A stretch of 64,000 nt of DNA from an uncultured delta proteobacterium (lineage in GTDB: Bacteria; Myxococcota_A; Polyangia; Polyangiales; Polyangiaceae), in NCBI GenBank assembly GCA_963841435.1, contig CAWJCS010000005.1, forward strand, positions 768,001 to 832,000. Direction: 5' to 3'. The notes beneath the pieces are model-generated. The model had not been told where the DNA came from. It did no database searches and worked only from the letters and a program-made list of their open reading frames with translations. A program made the translations under genes and the position numbers. How positions within the stretch are numbered: the stretch's first letter is position 1; each line of letters begins with the position of its first letter. Below, piece by piece: positions 1 to 11,150 of this stretch.

Positions 1-10
1 CCGGGGCGGC

Positions 11-1540
11 CTAGTCCGGCGCGCGGGGCGCCGCGCCCGCGAGGTGCCGTTCGAGCGCATCGAGCAGCCCCGAGACGGTACCGTCGGGCCCCTCGACGTT
101 GACGCGCACACCGAGCTCGCCGAGCGCGCGACTCGTCACCGGTCCGACGCTCGCGACCGTGATCGCGGAAAGCACCGCGGCAAAGCCGTCACCGACCGCG
201 TCGGTGATGGCGCGCGCCGTCGAGCCGGACGTGAAGAGCACGACGTCGACACGCCGCTCGCGCAGGGCCGCCGCGAGTTCCGCCTGGCCTGGCGCGGGGC
301 GCGTCTCGTAGACGGGCACGTCGTGGACCCGGGCACCCGCCTCACGGAGCACCCGCACGATCTCGCCCCCGGCGACCTTCGCGCGCGCGAGCAGCACGCG
401 TCCCGGCGGCCCGAGCGCCGCTACCTCGCGACCGAGCCCCTCGCCCACACGCTCCTCGGCGACGAGGTCGGCGCGAAGGCCGTGGCGCGCGAGCGTTTCG
501 GCGGTCCGCGGCCCCACGACGCCCACGCGGGCCTTGCCGAAGGCCCGCGCGTCGCGACCCGCGCGCGTGAGCGCCGCGAAGAAGTGCTCCACGCCGTTCG
601 AGCTCGTGAAGAGCACCCAGTCGTAGCCGGCGAGCGCTGCCACGGCGCTCGCGACGGGCTCCTCGTCGCTGACCGCGGCAATCTCGATGGCGGGAAGCAC
701 GAGTGGCTCGGCGCCCCGTTCGCCGAGCTCGCGGGCCGTTTCGTCGGCTTGGCCGGGCGGGCGTGGCACGAGCACGCGCTTTCCGAACAATGGGCGCGCG
801 TCGTACCAGCGTAGCTTTTCGCGCAAGCTCACGACCTGGCCGACGATGATCACCGAGGGATTGGTGAGGCCCTCGGCGCGAACCCGTTCGGCCACGTCGC
901 CGAGCGTGGCGACCAGCACGCGCTGCTCGGGCCGCGTGCCCCAGTGAATGACCGCCACGGGCGTCTCGGGCGAGCGCCCTCCCTCGACGATTGCACCCGT
1001 GATGGCCTCGATATGGCGCATACCCATCAGGACGCAAATCGTGTCGGTAGCGGTGGCAAGCTTGCGCCACGCTTCGGGCGACCAGGCGACGCCAGCGCGA
1101 TCGCTGCCGGTGATGAACGTCACGCTCGAGGAAAGCTCGCGGTGCGTGAGCGAGATGCCCGCGTACGCCGCCGCACCCACGGGCGAGGACACGGCCGGCA
1201 CAATCTCGAACGGGACGCCCGCGAGCGCGAGCTCGAGTGCCTCCTCGGCGCCGCGCGCGAAGAGCAGCGGGTCGCCACCCTTCAGTCGAACGACGCGCCG
1301 CCCCGCTCGGGCGAGCTCGATGAGCTGGGAGGTGATGGCCGCCTGGCTCCCCGTCCGCTGCCCGGGCCTCTTGCCGACATCGATGAGCTCGGCGTCCGCC
1401 CGGCAGGCCTCGAGCAGCCCCGGGTGGGCCAGCGCGTCGTACAGAACGGCGTCGGCCTGGCCCAAGAGCTCGCGGCCCCGCACCGTGATGAGGCCGGGAT
1501 CGCCAGGGCCAGCGCCCACGAGCCACACCTTTCCGGGCAT
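11..1540 (-). CDS. cobA: Uroporphyrinogen-III C-methyltransferase / uroporphyrinogen-III synthase fusion (CobA-HemD)
   Basis: N-terminal VWLVGAGPGDPGLIT and VVRLKGGDP motifs; C-terminal HemD domain (DWVLFTSSNGV, VPVYET, FTSGST). Confidence 0.95.
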   Translation of the reverse strand: MPGKVWLVGAGPGDPGLITVRGRELLGQADAVLYDALAHPGLLEACRADAELIDVGKRPGQRTGSQAAITSQLIELARAGRRVVRLKGGDPLLFARGAEEALELALAGVPFEIVPAVSSPVGAAAYAGISLTHRELSSSVTFITGSDRAGVAWSPEAWRKLATATDTICVLMGMRHIEAITGAIVEGGRSPETPVAVIHWGTRPEQRVLVATLGDVAERVRAEGLTNPSVIIVGQVVSLREKLRWYDARPLFGKRVLVPRPPGQADETARELGERGAEPLVLPAIEIAAVSDEEPVASAVAALAGYDWVLFTSSNGVEHFFAALTRAGRDARAFGKARVGVVGPRTAETLARHGLRADLVAEERVGEGLGREVAALGPPGRVLLARAKVAGGEIVRVLREAGARVHDVPVYETRPAPGQAELAAALRERRVDVVLFTSGSTARAITDAVGDGFAAVLSAITVASVGPVTSRALGELGVRVNVEGPDGTVSGLLDALERHLAGAAPRAPD

Positions 1541-1715
1541 CACTTCGGGAGGGTAGCCTCAACTCAGACGATCGGCGCGCCCCCCCTCATGCGACTAATT
1601 CCAGGTAGACGCCAATCAGAGCCCTCAGGCCGGCCACCTGGCTGGCAACAGACCACCGGAGTGGTAGACTGTAGGTTCGTGTATGCTTTATCCGACAAGG
1701 TACGATTATTCCGCG

Positions 1716-2591
1716 ATGGGCACCTTTGATCGATCGCTAGAAACGGCTCGTGAGGAGACCCTGCCGCCTGCCAGCGGTCGCCGCAGCGATCGCTGGTTCG
1801 TGACCAACGGCGTGGTTGCGGTCGGACCCGTCTCCTTCGAGCTGCTAACCCGCGGGGTGTCAGGTGGCCGGCTGCCGAACGGGTCCTTCGTCCGCCATGA
1901 GTCCTGGCAGGTCTGGCGCCGACTCGACGAGATCGGCTCGCTACCCCCGGACGGGCGCGACGAGACGGTAGAGAGCCTGGCCACCCACAGCGAGGGGCTC
2001 GAGTCGCGGGCGAGCAGCGTCCACGACAGCGCGCCTCCCGCGCCGCCTCGTGACCTCTCGGTGACCCTGCGCCCGAGCGGTCCTCCGCCCGAACGCCACT
2101 CGACGTTCCGAGCCATGGCGGTCGATCCGGCCGGGGTTCTCGCGCACGCGTTCGATCTCTCCGAGGCGCTGCTGCTCACCGTCTCCACGGCGGTGGCCGC
2201 TTCGGGCGCCGAGGTCGGGCTCGTGCACCGCGCTCGGCGCGACCTGCGCTCCGTGGTCACGGTGGGCGGACACGGCCCCGGTACGGAACGCCTGCTCGGC
2301 GAGCGCATCGCCGAGACGGATCCGACACTTGCGGCGGCGCGCAGCGGCTTCACCATCGTCAGCGAGCCGGGCCTTGGCGCCGAGAGCCGCTACGTCGTGG
2401 GCCGGCTCATCCGCTGCCTGCCCGACGTGTGTGGCGCCGCCATGATCCCCCTCACTCTCTACGGAGAGCTCGTCGCGCTGTTCGAGGTCGGGCGTGGCGG
2501 ACAGCCGTTCCGCGCGCGCGAAATCGCTCGCGTCGAGGACGTCGTCGAGGTGCTGGCCGAGCGCGCCGTCACGATGGGCTGGCTCGAGTAG
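1716..2591 (+). CDS. GYF_2-like domain plus C-terminal GAF-like domain protein
   Basis: WFVTNGVVAVGPVS...FVRHESWQVW resembles GYF_2/DUF4339; Pro-rich linker; C-terminal MIPLTLYGELVALFEV is GAF-like. Confidence 0.65.
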   Translation: MGTFDRSLETAREETLPPASGRRSDRWFVTNGVVAVGPVSFELLTRGVSGGRLPNGSFVRHESWQVWRRLDEIGSLPPDGRDETVESLATHSEGLESRASSVHDSAPPAPPRDLSVTLRPSGPPPERHSTFRAMAVDPAGVLAHAFDLSEALLLTVSTAVAASGAEVGLVHRARRDLRSVVTVGGHGPGTERLLGERIAETDPTLAAARSGFTIVSEPGLGAESRYVVGRLIRCLPDVCGAAMIPLTLYGELVALFEVGRGGQPFRAREIARVEDVVEVLAERAVTMGWLE

Positions 2592-2636
2592 GCGAGGGAG
2601 CGCCGGAACCCGAAGCGACGGCGCCGCCCGGCCGTC

Positions 2637-4502
2637 TCAGGCCGAAACGGTCGGCGAGAGGGAAACCGGCGCCGCGTGCTCACGCGAGAACTGCAGCGTG
2701 TGGAGTCGCGCGTAGAGGCCGTCCTGCCGCAGGAGCTCGTCGTGCGTTCCCTGCTCGACGAGGCGGCCCGCCCGCAAGACGAGCACGCGGTCGGCGGAGC
2801 GGATCGTGCTCAAACGGTGCGCGATGACGAGCGCCGTCCGCCCGCGCAAGAGCTCCTCGAGAGCGCGTTGCAGGCGCGACTCGGTGTCGCTGTCGATGCT
2901 CGCCGTCGCCTCGTCGAGCACGAGGATCGGCGCGTCGCGGTAGAGGGCGCGTGCAAAGGCGATGAGCTGCCGCTCGCCCCCCGAGAAGTTCCCGCCTTGC
3001 TCACCGACCTCGGCGTCGAGCCCGTGGTCGCGCGATAGGAACAGATCGAGCGCGCCGAGGCGCCCGAGCACGGCTCGCACGCGCTCGAGGTCGGGCTGCT
3101 CGCCGGCCGCGACGTTCTCGGCAATGGTGCCGGGAAACAGCACGACGTCCTGCGGGACCACGGCGAAGCGGCGCCTCAGCTCGTGGCGGTCCAACGCCGT
3201 CACGTCGTCGCCGAGCACGCGGACGACACCGCGCTCCACGTCGTAGAGCCGGAGCAAGAGCGCCGTGATGCTGGTCTTGCCGGACCCGGTCGGGCCCACG
3301 AGCGCGACGTGCTCGCCGCGACGCACGCGGAAATCGATGTCGCGGAGCACGGGCACGCCCCGCTTGTAACTAAACGTCACGTTGGAGAGCTCGAGCGCGT
3401 CGCCATCGTCGCCGCGCGCGGCGCCCGGCCGGAGCTCGGCGTCGACCTCACCGGTGGAGAGCAGCGAGAACACGCGCTCGGCGCCCGTGAGCGCGCCCTG
3501 CACGAGCGTGTAGCGCTGCGCGAGCTGGCTGATGGGGTCGAAAAACTGCGTGAGGTACGCGCTGAACGCCACCACCGTGCCGAAGCTCACGGGGCGATAG
3601 CCGAGCGCCACGATGATGGAGGCGAGGCACACCGAGCCCACCATGTCGATGGCGGCATCCTGAATCGCCTCCCACTTGATGCTGCGAACGTTGGCGTCGC
3701 GGTAGGCGGCGTTGATCTCGTCGAAGTCCTCCTGGGCGGCGTGCTTTCGCCCGTACGCCTGAATCAGGCTCATCCCCGCGACTTGCTCGTTCATGACGGC
3801 GTTCATGCGCGACGTCCGGGCACGGATCTCGCGCTGCGCCTCGCGCATGGGGCGTCGCATGAGATAGACGAAAAGCGCCACGGGCGGCACGGCGATGAAG
3901 CCGATCAGCGAAAGGCGCCAATCGAGCGTGATCATGAGCACGACGATGCCGACGAGCCGCACGATGTCGCCGATGCCGTTCACCGCACCCGACGCGAAGG
4001 CCTCGAGTATGGCGTCGACGTCGTTGGTGACGCGCGAAACGAGCCGCCCGACGAGCTGCTTGTCGAAGAACGCGAGGCGTCGCTCGTGCAAGAAGCGGAA
4101 CACGTGCCGCCTCAGATCGGCCATCGCACGCGCTCCCACGATCTGCATGGCGTACATGTGCAGAAATCCGAGCACCTGCTCGGTCAGCAAAAGGCCCGCG
4201 AACAAGAGGCCAATCTTCATCAGCTCGTGGCGATCGCCCTTGAGCACCGCCTCGTCGATGCCGCGCATCATCACGAGCGGCCGCAGGAGCGAAAGGCCCG
4301 AGGTGACGAAAAGGACGCAGACGCTGAGGACGATGAGCGCGCGGTGCGGCTTCAAAAACGCCCAGATCTGCCCGATCAGCCGGCGGTCGAAGCCCTTTGC
4401 GAAGCGTTCCTCGTCGTGAAACGCCTTGAGGATGCCCTCGGTACGGCGCCGTGTTTCGTCGGACGCCTTGGCGGAGACCTGCGCGCTCGGCGGAACGCTC
4501 AT
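2637..4502 (-). CDS. ABC exporter, fused permease/ATPase (heterodimer half 2)
   Basis: TM region; Walker A GPTGSGKT, signature FSGGERQ, Walker B ILVLDEAT, H-loop IAHRL. Confidence 0.95.
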   Translation of the reverse strand: MSVPPSAQVSAKASDETRRRTEGILKAFHDEERFAKGFDRRLIGQIWAFLKPHRALIVLSVCVLFVTSGLSLLRPLVMMRGIDEAVLKGDRHELMKIGLLFAGLLLTEQVLGFLHMYAMQIVGARAMADLRRHVFRFLHERRLAFFDKQLVGRLVSRVTNDVDAILEAFASGAVNGIGDIVRLVGIVVLMITLDWRLSLIGFIAVPPVALFVYLMRRPMREAQREIRARTSRMNAVMNEQVAGMSLIQAYGRKHAAQEDFDEINAAYRDANVRSIKWEAIQDAAIDMVGSVCLASIIVALGYRPVSFGTVVAFSAYLTQFFDPISQLAQRYTLVQGALTGAERVFSLLSTGEVDAELRPGAARGDDGDALELSNVTFSYKRGVPVLRDIDFRVRRGEHVALVGPTGSGKTSITALLLRLYDVERGVVRVLGDDVTALDRHELRRRFAVVPQDVVLFPGTIAENVAAGEQPDLERVRAVLGRLGALDLFLSRDHGLDAEVGEQGGNFSGGERQLIAFARALYRDAPILVLDEATASIDSDTESRLQRALEELLRGRTALVIAHRLSTIRSADRVLVLRAGRLVEQGTHDELLRQDGLYARLHTLQFSREHAAPVSLSPTVSA

Positions 4503-6286
4503 GCGACGGCCGACTCACTCTCTCGACGGCTCAACGCCTGGAGCTCGCTCTCGATGCGTTGCTCCTCGGCAAACGTCGCGTAGACGCCGCCGCTCGTGCG
4601 AAGCTCCGCGTGCGTGCCGCGCTCCACGATGCGCCCGTCGTCGAGCACGACGATCTCGTCGCAACGGGCGGCCGCGGCCACGCGGTGGGTGATGAGCAGC
4701 ACCGAGCGCTCGGCCCGCTGGCGGTCGATAGCCTCGAGAATGGCACGCTCGGTTCGCGCGTCGACGGCGCTCAGAGGGTCGTCGAGAATCAAGATGCGCG
4801 GCTTCGACACGAACGCCATGGCGAGCGCCACGCGCTGCTTCTGCCCGCCCGAAAGCTGCACGCCGCGCTCGCCCACGACCGTATCGTAGCCGTCCGGCAG
4901 CGCCGCGAGCTCCTCGTGGACGTGTACCTCGCGCGCCGACGCTTCGATGCGCGCGCGGCTCTCGACCGAGTCCGGGTCGTCGAGCGGGAAGCCGATGTTG
5001 CGCGCCGCGGTGGTCGAGAACAAAAACGCGTTCTGCTGCGCGTAGCCGATCGCGGACCGCACCGCGGTCAGCGGCAAGTCGCACACGTCGACGCCGTCGA
5101 GGAACACCGTGCCGCGCGGCGTGGGCTGCAGGCGCGCGAGCAACACCGCGAGCGTGCTCTTGCCGCTCGCCGTGCGCCCCACGATGGCGAGCGACTTTCC
5201 GGGCTCGAGCGTGAGGCTCACGTCCTTGAGCACGGGCTGCGTGCCGTACGAAAACGAAAGGTGCCGCACCTCGAGGCGCCCCGCGACGCGGGCGGGCGCC
5301 GGCGCCGGACCGTCTACGATGTCCGGCTCGGCGCGATAGACGTCGAGGAGCCTGTCGAAGGCGGCGCGACCGCGCTGCACCAGGCCGACGACGAAGCCGA
5401 GCGAGAGCAGCGGCCAGGTGAGCCGCCCGAGCGCACGGTTAAACGTCAAAAATGCGCCCGCGTCGAGCACACCTTCGAGAACGAGCGTGCCGCCGTACCA
5501 GAACACGACGAGGATGGCGACGGCGATCGTCACCTGCATGATCGGGCCGAGCGAGCCGCGCAAGCGCGCCAGCGAAAGGCTGCGCTCGAGATACTCGCGG
5601 TTCGTGCGCTCGAACGCCGCAAGCTCCGCCTGCTCGAGCGAGAACGAACGGATCACCCGCACGCCGGCAATGCTGCTCTGCACGCGCGCGCTCATCTTCC
5701 CGAGGGCCGCCTGGTTGTCGCGCGTGCGCGTGTAAAATTCCTGCGACAGTCGGCGCGAGATCAGCAGCAAGAGCGGCAGCGGGCACAGGGCCGCGAGCGT
5801 GAGCTTGCCCGAGATCGGCACGGTCACGGCGAGCGCGCTCACGAGGGCGAACACCGTATTGATGAGGTTCAGCACGCCGAAGCCGAGCAGGAGGCGCACC
5901 TGCACGAGGTCGTTCGTGACGCGGCTCATGATCTCACCCGTGCTCATGCGGCGGTAGAACGACGGCCCGAGCTCGAGCAGGCGCGCCTCGAGCTCGCGGC
6001 GAAGCTCGTACTCGGCGATGCGGCCCGCGTTGAACACGACGACGCGCGAGAGCACCCTCACCACGAACGCCGCCAGCATCACCGCGATGAGCCAGAGCCC
6101 GAGCTCGATGGCCCGCGCGTGCTCGGTACCGAGCACGTCGTTGATGGCGACGCGGAGCCGGGTATCGAACCAGTACTGGCAGGCCTGGTACGCGGCGAGA
6201 AGCAGGACCCCGACCCCGTAGCGCGGCGCGTGGCGCCGGAACTGGGCCGTGAGGCTCGGCGTCTGGGGCCCTTTCGCTTCGGACAT
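4499..6286 (-). CDS. ABC exporter, fused permease/ATPase (heterodimer half 1, degenerate Walker B)
   Basis: GRTASGKS, LSGGQKQR, ILILDDPLSAVD; 4-bp overlap with partner gene. Confidence 0.95.
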   Translation of the reverse strand: MSEAKGPQTPSLTAQFRRHAPRYGVGVLLLAAYQACQYWFDTRLRVAINDVLGTEHARAIELGLWLIAVMLAAFVVRVLSRVVVFNAGRIAEYELRRELEARLLELGPSFYRRMSTGEIMSRVTNDLVQVRLLLGFGVLNLINTVFALVSALAVTVPISGKLTLAALCPLPLLLLISRRLSQEFYTRTRDNQAALGKMSARVQSSIAGVRVIRSFSLEQAELAAFERTNREYLERSLSLARLRGSLGPIMQVTIAVAILVVFWYGGTLVLEGVLDAGAFLTFNRALGRLTWPLLSLGFVVGLVQRGRAAFDRLLDVYRAEPDIVDGPAPAPARVAGRLEVRHLSFSYGTQPVLKDVSLTLEPGKSLAIVGRTASGKSTLAVLLARLQPTPRGTVFLDGVDVCDLPLTAVRSAIGYAQQNAFLFSTTAARNIGFPLDDPDSVESRARIEASAREVHVHEELAALPDGYDTVVGERGVQLSGGQKQRVALAMAFVSKPRILILDDPLSAVDARTERAILEAIDRQRAERSVLLITHRVAAAARCDEIVVLDDGRIVERGTHAELRTSGGVYATFAEEQRIESELQALSRRESESAVA

Positions 6287-6391
6287 CGGCGGGGTGACTT
6301 AGAGCCCGAAACGACCTGCGGCAAGAGCCCAACTGGCCGCCCGGCGGGTCTTCGGCAGGTTGGCGCGTGGTTTGTCGCGCCGGGCTCCCCG

Positions 6392-9300
6392 TCAGAATAC
6401 GCCGATGCTGAAGTGAAAGGCGCCGATCGCCTCCCACGTGCGCTTGCCGGACCGGCTGGGAAACAGCTCGTCGAGCACGCGATCGGCGTTCAGGCCGTAG
6501 TCGAACACGAGCGGCCCGATGGGCGTGCCGATGCGCAGCCCGCTGCCCGCCGAGTAGCGAAGATCGAAGGGGTTCACGAGCCGTGGATCCGTCCACAGGT
6601 TGCCGGCATCGACGAAGATCGCCGTTTGGACGTTGCCGGTCAGCGGGATGCGCAGCTCGAGGCGCGGGTTGACGTAGGCGTCGCCACCGCGAATCACGAT
6701 CTCGCTCACGTCGAGGTGCGCGTTCGGATCCAGGAGCTGGCGCGCGATGTCCTCGGGGATGAGCGAGTCCTGGGCGAACCCCCGCACGCTGTCGGCACCG
6801 CCGAGGAACATCAGACGATCAGGATAGGTGCGCGAGTCCTTGATCAGCTGGTCGACCAGGCCGCCGCGCAGGCTGATGGCGAGCGCCATGCCGCGCTCGC
6901 TGAGCCGGAGGTAGCCGGCGATACGGCCCTCGTAGCGCATGAAGTCGCTCGTGGTGGCCGCGAACACGCTCGTGCCGCCCGAGGCCGTGCCGGCGACGGG
7001 CGTCGCGTGCACGTGCTCGGCGCCTAGCGCAATCAGCGTGCCCGCGGTGGCGTCGAGCGGATTGTCGCGCCGGTCCCACGCCGCTCGAAGCTGCTCCGCA
7101 ATGGCGCGAGTCGTCCCTTCGGGAACGCGAAAGGTGTTGGCCTGGGAGGGATTTTTCTGCACGTAGTCTTCGAGCGCGCCTTTCTCCGTCTCGCCGAAAA
7201 TCGCCGCGTCGTTGAGCTCGAGCGAGCCGCCGATCTGGAACGTGAGCCCGCGCGTGGGGCGAAAATGCAGGGTGACGATGGCCGCGTCCTTGGTGAGGCC
7301 GTAGTCGCGCGCGTTGTCGCGCACGTCGACGCCGTCGACCGCGAGTCGAAAGAGCGGCCCGAGGCCGATCTCGGGGAACTCGACGGTCGCCGTGTTGCGA
7401 CGCTCGAGGCGCTGCCCGATGTCGAGCTCGTCGTATTTTCGCTGTACGGAGCTGTCGAGGATCAGCGCGTTCGGCAGATAGCCGAGCTGGCTCGCGAGCC
7501 TGAGCTGGATGGCCTCGCCGCCGGCGTTCCTGTGGCCGTACTCGAAGGTGATGCGCACGCCTTCGCCGGTGCTGAAGCCCGGCCGCACGTCGAGGTACTG
7601 GGGCTTTCGCTCTTCGACGCGGACGGCCACGGCCTTCTCGCGCGCCGGCACGTACGGATCCTCGAAGCCGACGTTGACCGACGAAAAGACGGCGAGCTGG
7701 CCCAGGCGCTCCTCGGTGAGCCGCACGAGGCTGCGCTGGTAGAGGCCCCCGACCTTGAGCGCCACCCGGCTGCGGATCAGCGCTTCGCTCGTGCTGCGCG
7801 CCCCGATGATGTCGATGCGCGAGACCTTGACCGGCTCGCGCTCGCTGATGATGAAGCGCGCTCGCCCGCGCGTGTGGTCGGCCGAAAGGTCGAGCGTCAC
7901 GTCAACCTCGGCAAAGGCGAACCCCGACTCGGCGTAGAGGTCCATCAGCCTGCGACGCGCCTTCTCGAGCTCAACCTGCGACACGGGCGCCCCGAGCGTG
8001 AGGTCGGCCGCTTCGGCGAGCTCGCGCTCCACGAGCACGCGGTTGCCCTCGAACGACGTGTCGTAGAGCATGGTGCGGGGCCCGAGCTTGATGGGCAGGT
8101 GCAGCACGGCTTCAGGCTCGCAGCTGACGCCGCGCCGTGGATCGGAATGACAGGTGAGCGCGGGGTCGCTGGGGAGCTCGTTGAACGGGTAACCCAACGG
8201 CGTCGTAGCGACACTCGGTCGCGGGCCGGAGCCGCGGACCCTTCGCTCGGCAGGCGCCGGGCGGCGAGTACGGATCGCAGGTGCGGCGCACGAGCGTCGC
8301 CGGCCCCACGCTCGCCGACAGATAGCCCTGAGCACGGAACAGATCCTTCAGATGCTCGATGGCTTTGTCGTAAACGTCCGCCGCGTAGCGGGTCCACGGG
8401 CTGCCCGCGGGGCGCGCGCGTCGAGGCCCGTAGCCGCGGTCCGGACCGTAAACCTGCCCGACCGCGGCCTCATCGACGGGTCCGATGAGCTCGCTGCCCG
8501 GCAAGTCCGAGAGAAAGCTGTCGATTTCGCTGCCGACGTCGGAGGGGGTCCGGTCGCCGCTCAGACAGGGGTACTCGCGCGCCACGACGCGCACTTGCGC
8601 CCCTTCGCGCACGCGGAATACGAGCTCGTGAATGCCGGCGTCGGCGGCACCGCGCTCCTCGCTGACGACGGTCGCATCCAGATAGCCGTGCTCGAGGTAG
8701 AAATCCCGGACGCGGTCCGCGAGCAGCACCGGGTCGCGTTCCTCGGAGTCGTCGAGATCGAGCGCTTCTTCGAGCGCATCGGCGTCGAAGGCGTGATTGC
8801 CCTCGAACACGAGGCGGATCAAAGGCCCTGCGCGCACGTCGACGTCGAGCAACGTGGCGGATCCGCGCTTCACCAGGCGGTGCGAGACGGTGGCGCGGAA
8901 GAACCCACGATCCTTGAGGTCCTCGGCGAGCGCCTCGTCGGCGGCCTCGAGCTCGACGGCGTCCGCACGGTCTCCCGCGTCCACGTCGTACCCCGAGAGC
9001 GCTTCATGCAGCCCCGGTGCGTGGGGGTCGGGCCACACCCCGAACCAGCGCTCCTGCAGCCTGAGCTCGGGGCCCGCCCTCACGTCGAGGAGGAGCACGA
9101 CGTTCAGGGGGTCGTCGGTGTCGAGGCTGCGTGCCGTGACGTGCGCGGCCGGGTAACCCCGCCGCTCGAGCTCGCTCTCGAGAAGGGCGGCAATCCGTGG
9201 CAAATCCTGGAAGGTGAGGTCGTCGCCAATCTTGGGCGCGCCCTCCCCGAAGAGCTCGTCGCGCGGGAACGGCGCGCCCGCGAGGTCGATGCGCCGGATC

Positions 9301-9662
9301 ACGCGGCGTGGCAAAACGACGTAGCGCAACACCACGCCACCGTCCTGGTTCTCGACCTCGATGCGCGCGCTCGCAAAGCGCCCGCTGTCGAGCAGATCGC
9401 GCAGACCCTGACGCGCGAGGTCGGGCGAAAAGGGCTGCCCCGGGTGAACGCGCGTGACGCGGCCGTAAGAGACGAGGCGCCCGGATTCGCCGACGACGAG
9501 GACACGCGTGACGGGGCGACCGACGAGGGCTTGGAGGTTCGGCGGGGGGGCGAGCGTCGGGACGCGGGGGCTCGCTGCCGGGGTGAGCACGGGCTCGGCA
9601 AGGGCCGCGTGGGTGAGCGTCGAAGCGAGCGCGACCAGCCGAAGCGCTCGCGCCTTGCTCAT
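6392..9662 (-). CDS. Omp85/BamA-TamA family outer membrane protein with multiple POTRA domains (frameshift near 8185)
   Basis: Signal peptide; repeated POTRA motifs (GY..A.V); barrel motifs GGADSVRGF, FVDAGNLW, GLRIGTPIGP, C-terminal FHFSIGVF; split over ORFs 8112..9662 and 6392..8335. Confidence 0.85.
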
Positions 9663-9763
9663 CGCGCTTGTCTTACCACCGACCGTCGCCGCGCCCGAGC
9701 CCGGAGGTCGGTCGACCTGCTCGAGATTCGCCGGAGCCCGGGGATTGGGCTATTCAGACCTCG

Positions 9764-11038
9764 ATGACCGAGGCCGCGCTGCCCGACAAGCCCGTCGCCG
9801 CGCGCTCGCGTGCGGCCGGCAGGCTGAGGCGCTACTTGCCCCGCGCGGCTGCGTTTCTGGGCGTGGCCACGGCGCTGTTGTGGTGGGCGGTCCACCGCTT
9901 CGATTGGATGGGCCCGCTCGTGGCGAACAGCCTGAGGGCCGTGGTCGGCGTGGACGCCGTCGCCCACCTCGAGGACTTCGTCTACGAGCTCGAGGACGCG
10001 AAGAACCGACTTTTCCGGCGCCACGAGGCGCCCCAGGCGCGCTGGACCGTCGCGCCCGTGAAGCCCCCGCCGCCGCCCGCGTCGGCCGCCGCCGAAACGC
10101 CGGGCGAGCCCGTGCGCTTGCCGCCGTTCCAGCCCAAGGACCCCGGGCCTGCCCTCAAGTCGTGGTCCGCGCCGGGCGACGGCGTGTGGGTGCCGATCGT
10201 CGATCCACGCAGGCCGTCGGAGGAGCCGTACATGATGAAGACGCTCCTCCACCCGGATCCCGAGCGCGGCTGGGCCGAGGTCTTCGTCGTCGCAATCGAC
10301 CTCAGGCGCGTGAGGCTCGAGATCGTCGCGGGGAGCCAGGAGCCCAAGGCCGACAACCCCGAGGGCGAGGCGCTCGAGCGCCCGGCCGTGATTCCGAGCG
10401 CCGACCACGAGGAGCTGCTCGCGGCGTTCAACGGCGGCTTCATGACCGAGCACGGCGGCTACGGCTTCAAGCTCGGCTCGCTCACCGTCGTCGAACCCAA
10501 GGACAAGGCGTGCGCCATCGCGGCGTACCCCGACGGCGGTCTGCGCATCGCGCCGTGGCCGGAGCTCAAGGCCGACGAGCCCAAGCTGCTCTGGCTGCGC
10601 GAGGCACCGGAGTGCATGGTGCACGAAAGCAAGCTCCATCCCGGCATCCTCTACGTGACGGGCAATCGCAAATGGGGCGCGACGCTCGACGGCGAGACCG
10701 TGATCCGACGCTCGGGCATCGGGCTCGACGCGTCACGCCAGGTCCTCTACGTCTCGATCACCAATCACACGAATGCGCGCGTGTTCGCCGAGGGGATGCG
10801 CCACGCCGGCGCCGTCGACGTGGCGCAGCTCGACGTGAACTGGTCCTACCCGAAGTTCGTGCTCTTCGAGCCGAAGGAACCGGGCGGTCCGAGAAAAGCG
10901 GTGGCGCTCGCGAGCGGCTTCGAGTTTTCGGAAGACGAATACATTCGAAAGCGCGCGCGTCGGGACTTCTTCTACCTGGTCAGAAAGCCGCCGGGCGTGA
11001 CGCCCGCGAAGAACGAAGCCAACCAAAAGACGGACTGA
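9764..11038 (+). CDS. Phosphodiester glycosidase (NAGPA-like) family membrane-anchored protein
   Basis: N-terminal TM; AAFNGGF, RSGIG and AQLDVN motifs. Confidence 0.7.
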   Translation: MTEAALPDKPVAARSRAAGRLRRYLPRAAAFLGVATALLWWAVHRFDWMGPLVANSLRAVVGVDAVAHLEDFVYELEDAKNRLFRRHEAPQARWTVAPVKPPPPPASAAAETPGEPVRLPPFQPKDPGPALKSWSAPGDGVWVPIVDPRRPSEEPYMMKTLLHPDPERGWAEVFVVAIDLRRVRLEIVAGSQEPKADNPEGEALERPAVIPSADHEELLAAFNGGFMTEHGGYGFKLGSLTVVEPKDKACAIAAYPDGGLRIAPWPELKADEPKLLWLREAPECMVHESKLHPGILYVTGNRKWGATLDGETVIRRSGIGLDASRQVLYVSITNHTNARVFAEGMRHAGAVDVAQLDVNWSYPKFVLFEPKEPGGPRKAVALASGFEFSEDEYIRKRARRDFFYLVRKPPGVTPAKNEANQKTD

Positions 11039-11150
11039 ACCGTGCGCAGGCGCGAAAGCGTCGGGGTCAGAGGGAGGCCGTCGCCGGCGAACGAAGGGGC
11101 CGAATCGTGGGAAGGGCGTGGGCTCGCGTCGCGGGGCGCGCCGTTGTAAA

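Noticed and set aside
1544-1715. Cobalamin or other riboswitch upstream of cobA-hemD
   Set aside because: No recognisable conserved riboswitch boxes; looks like a divergent promoter region
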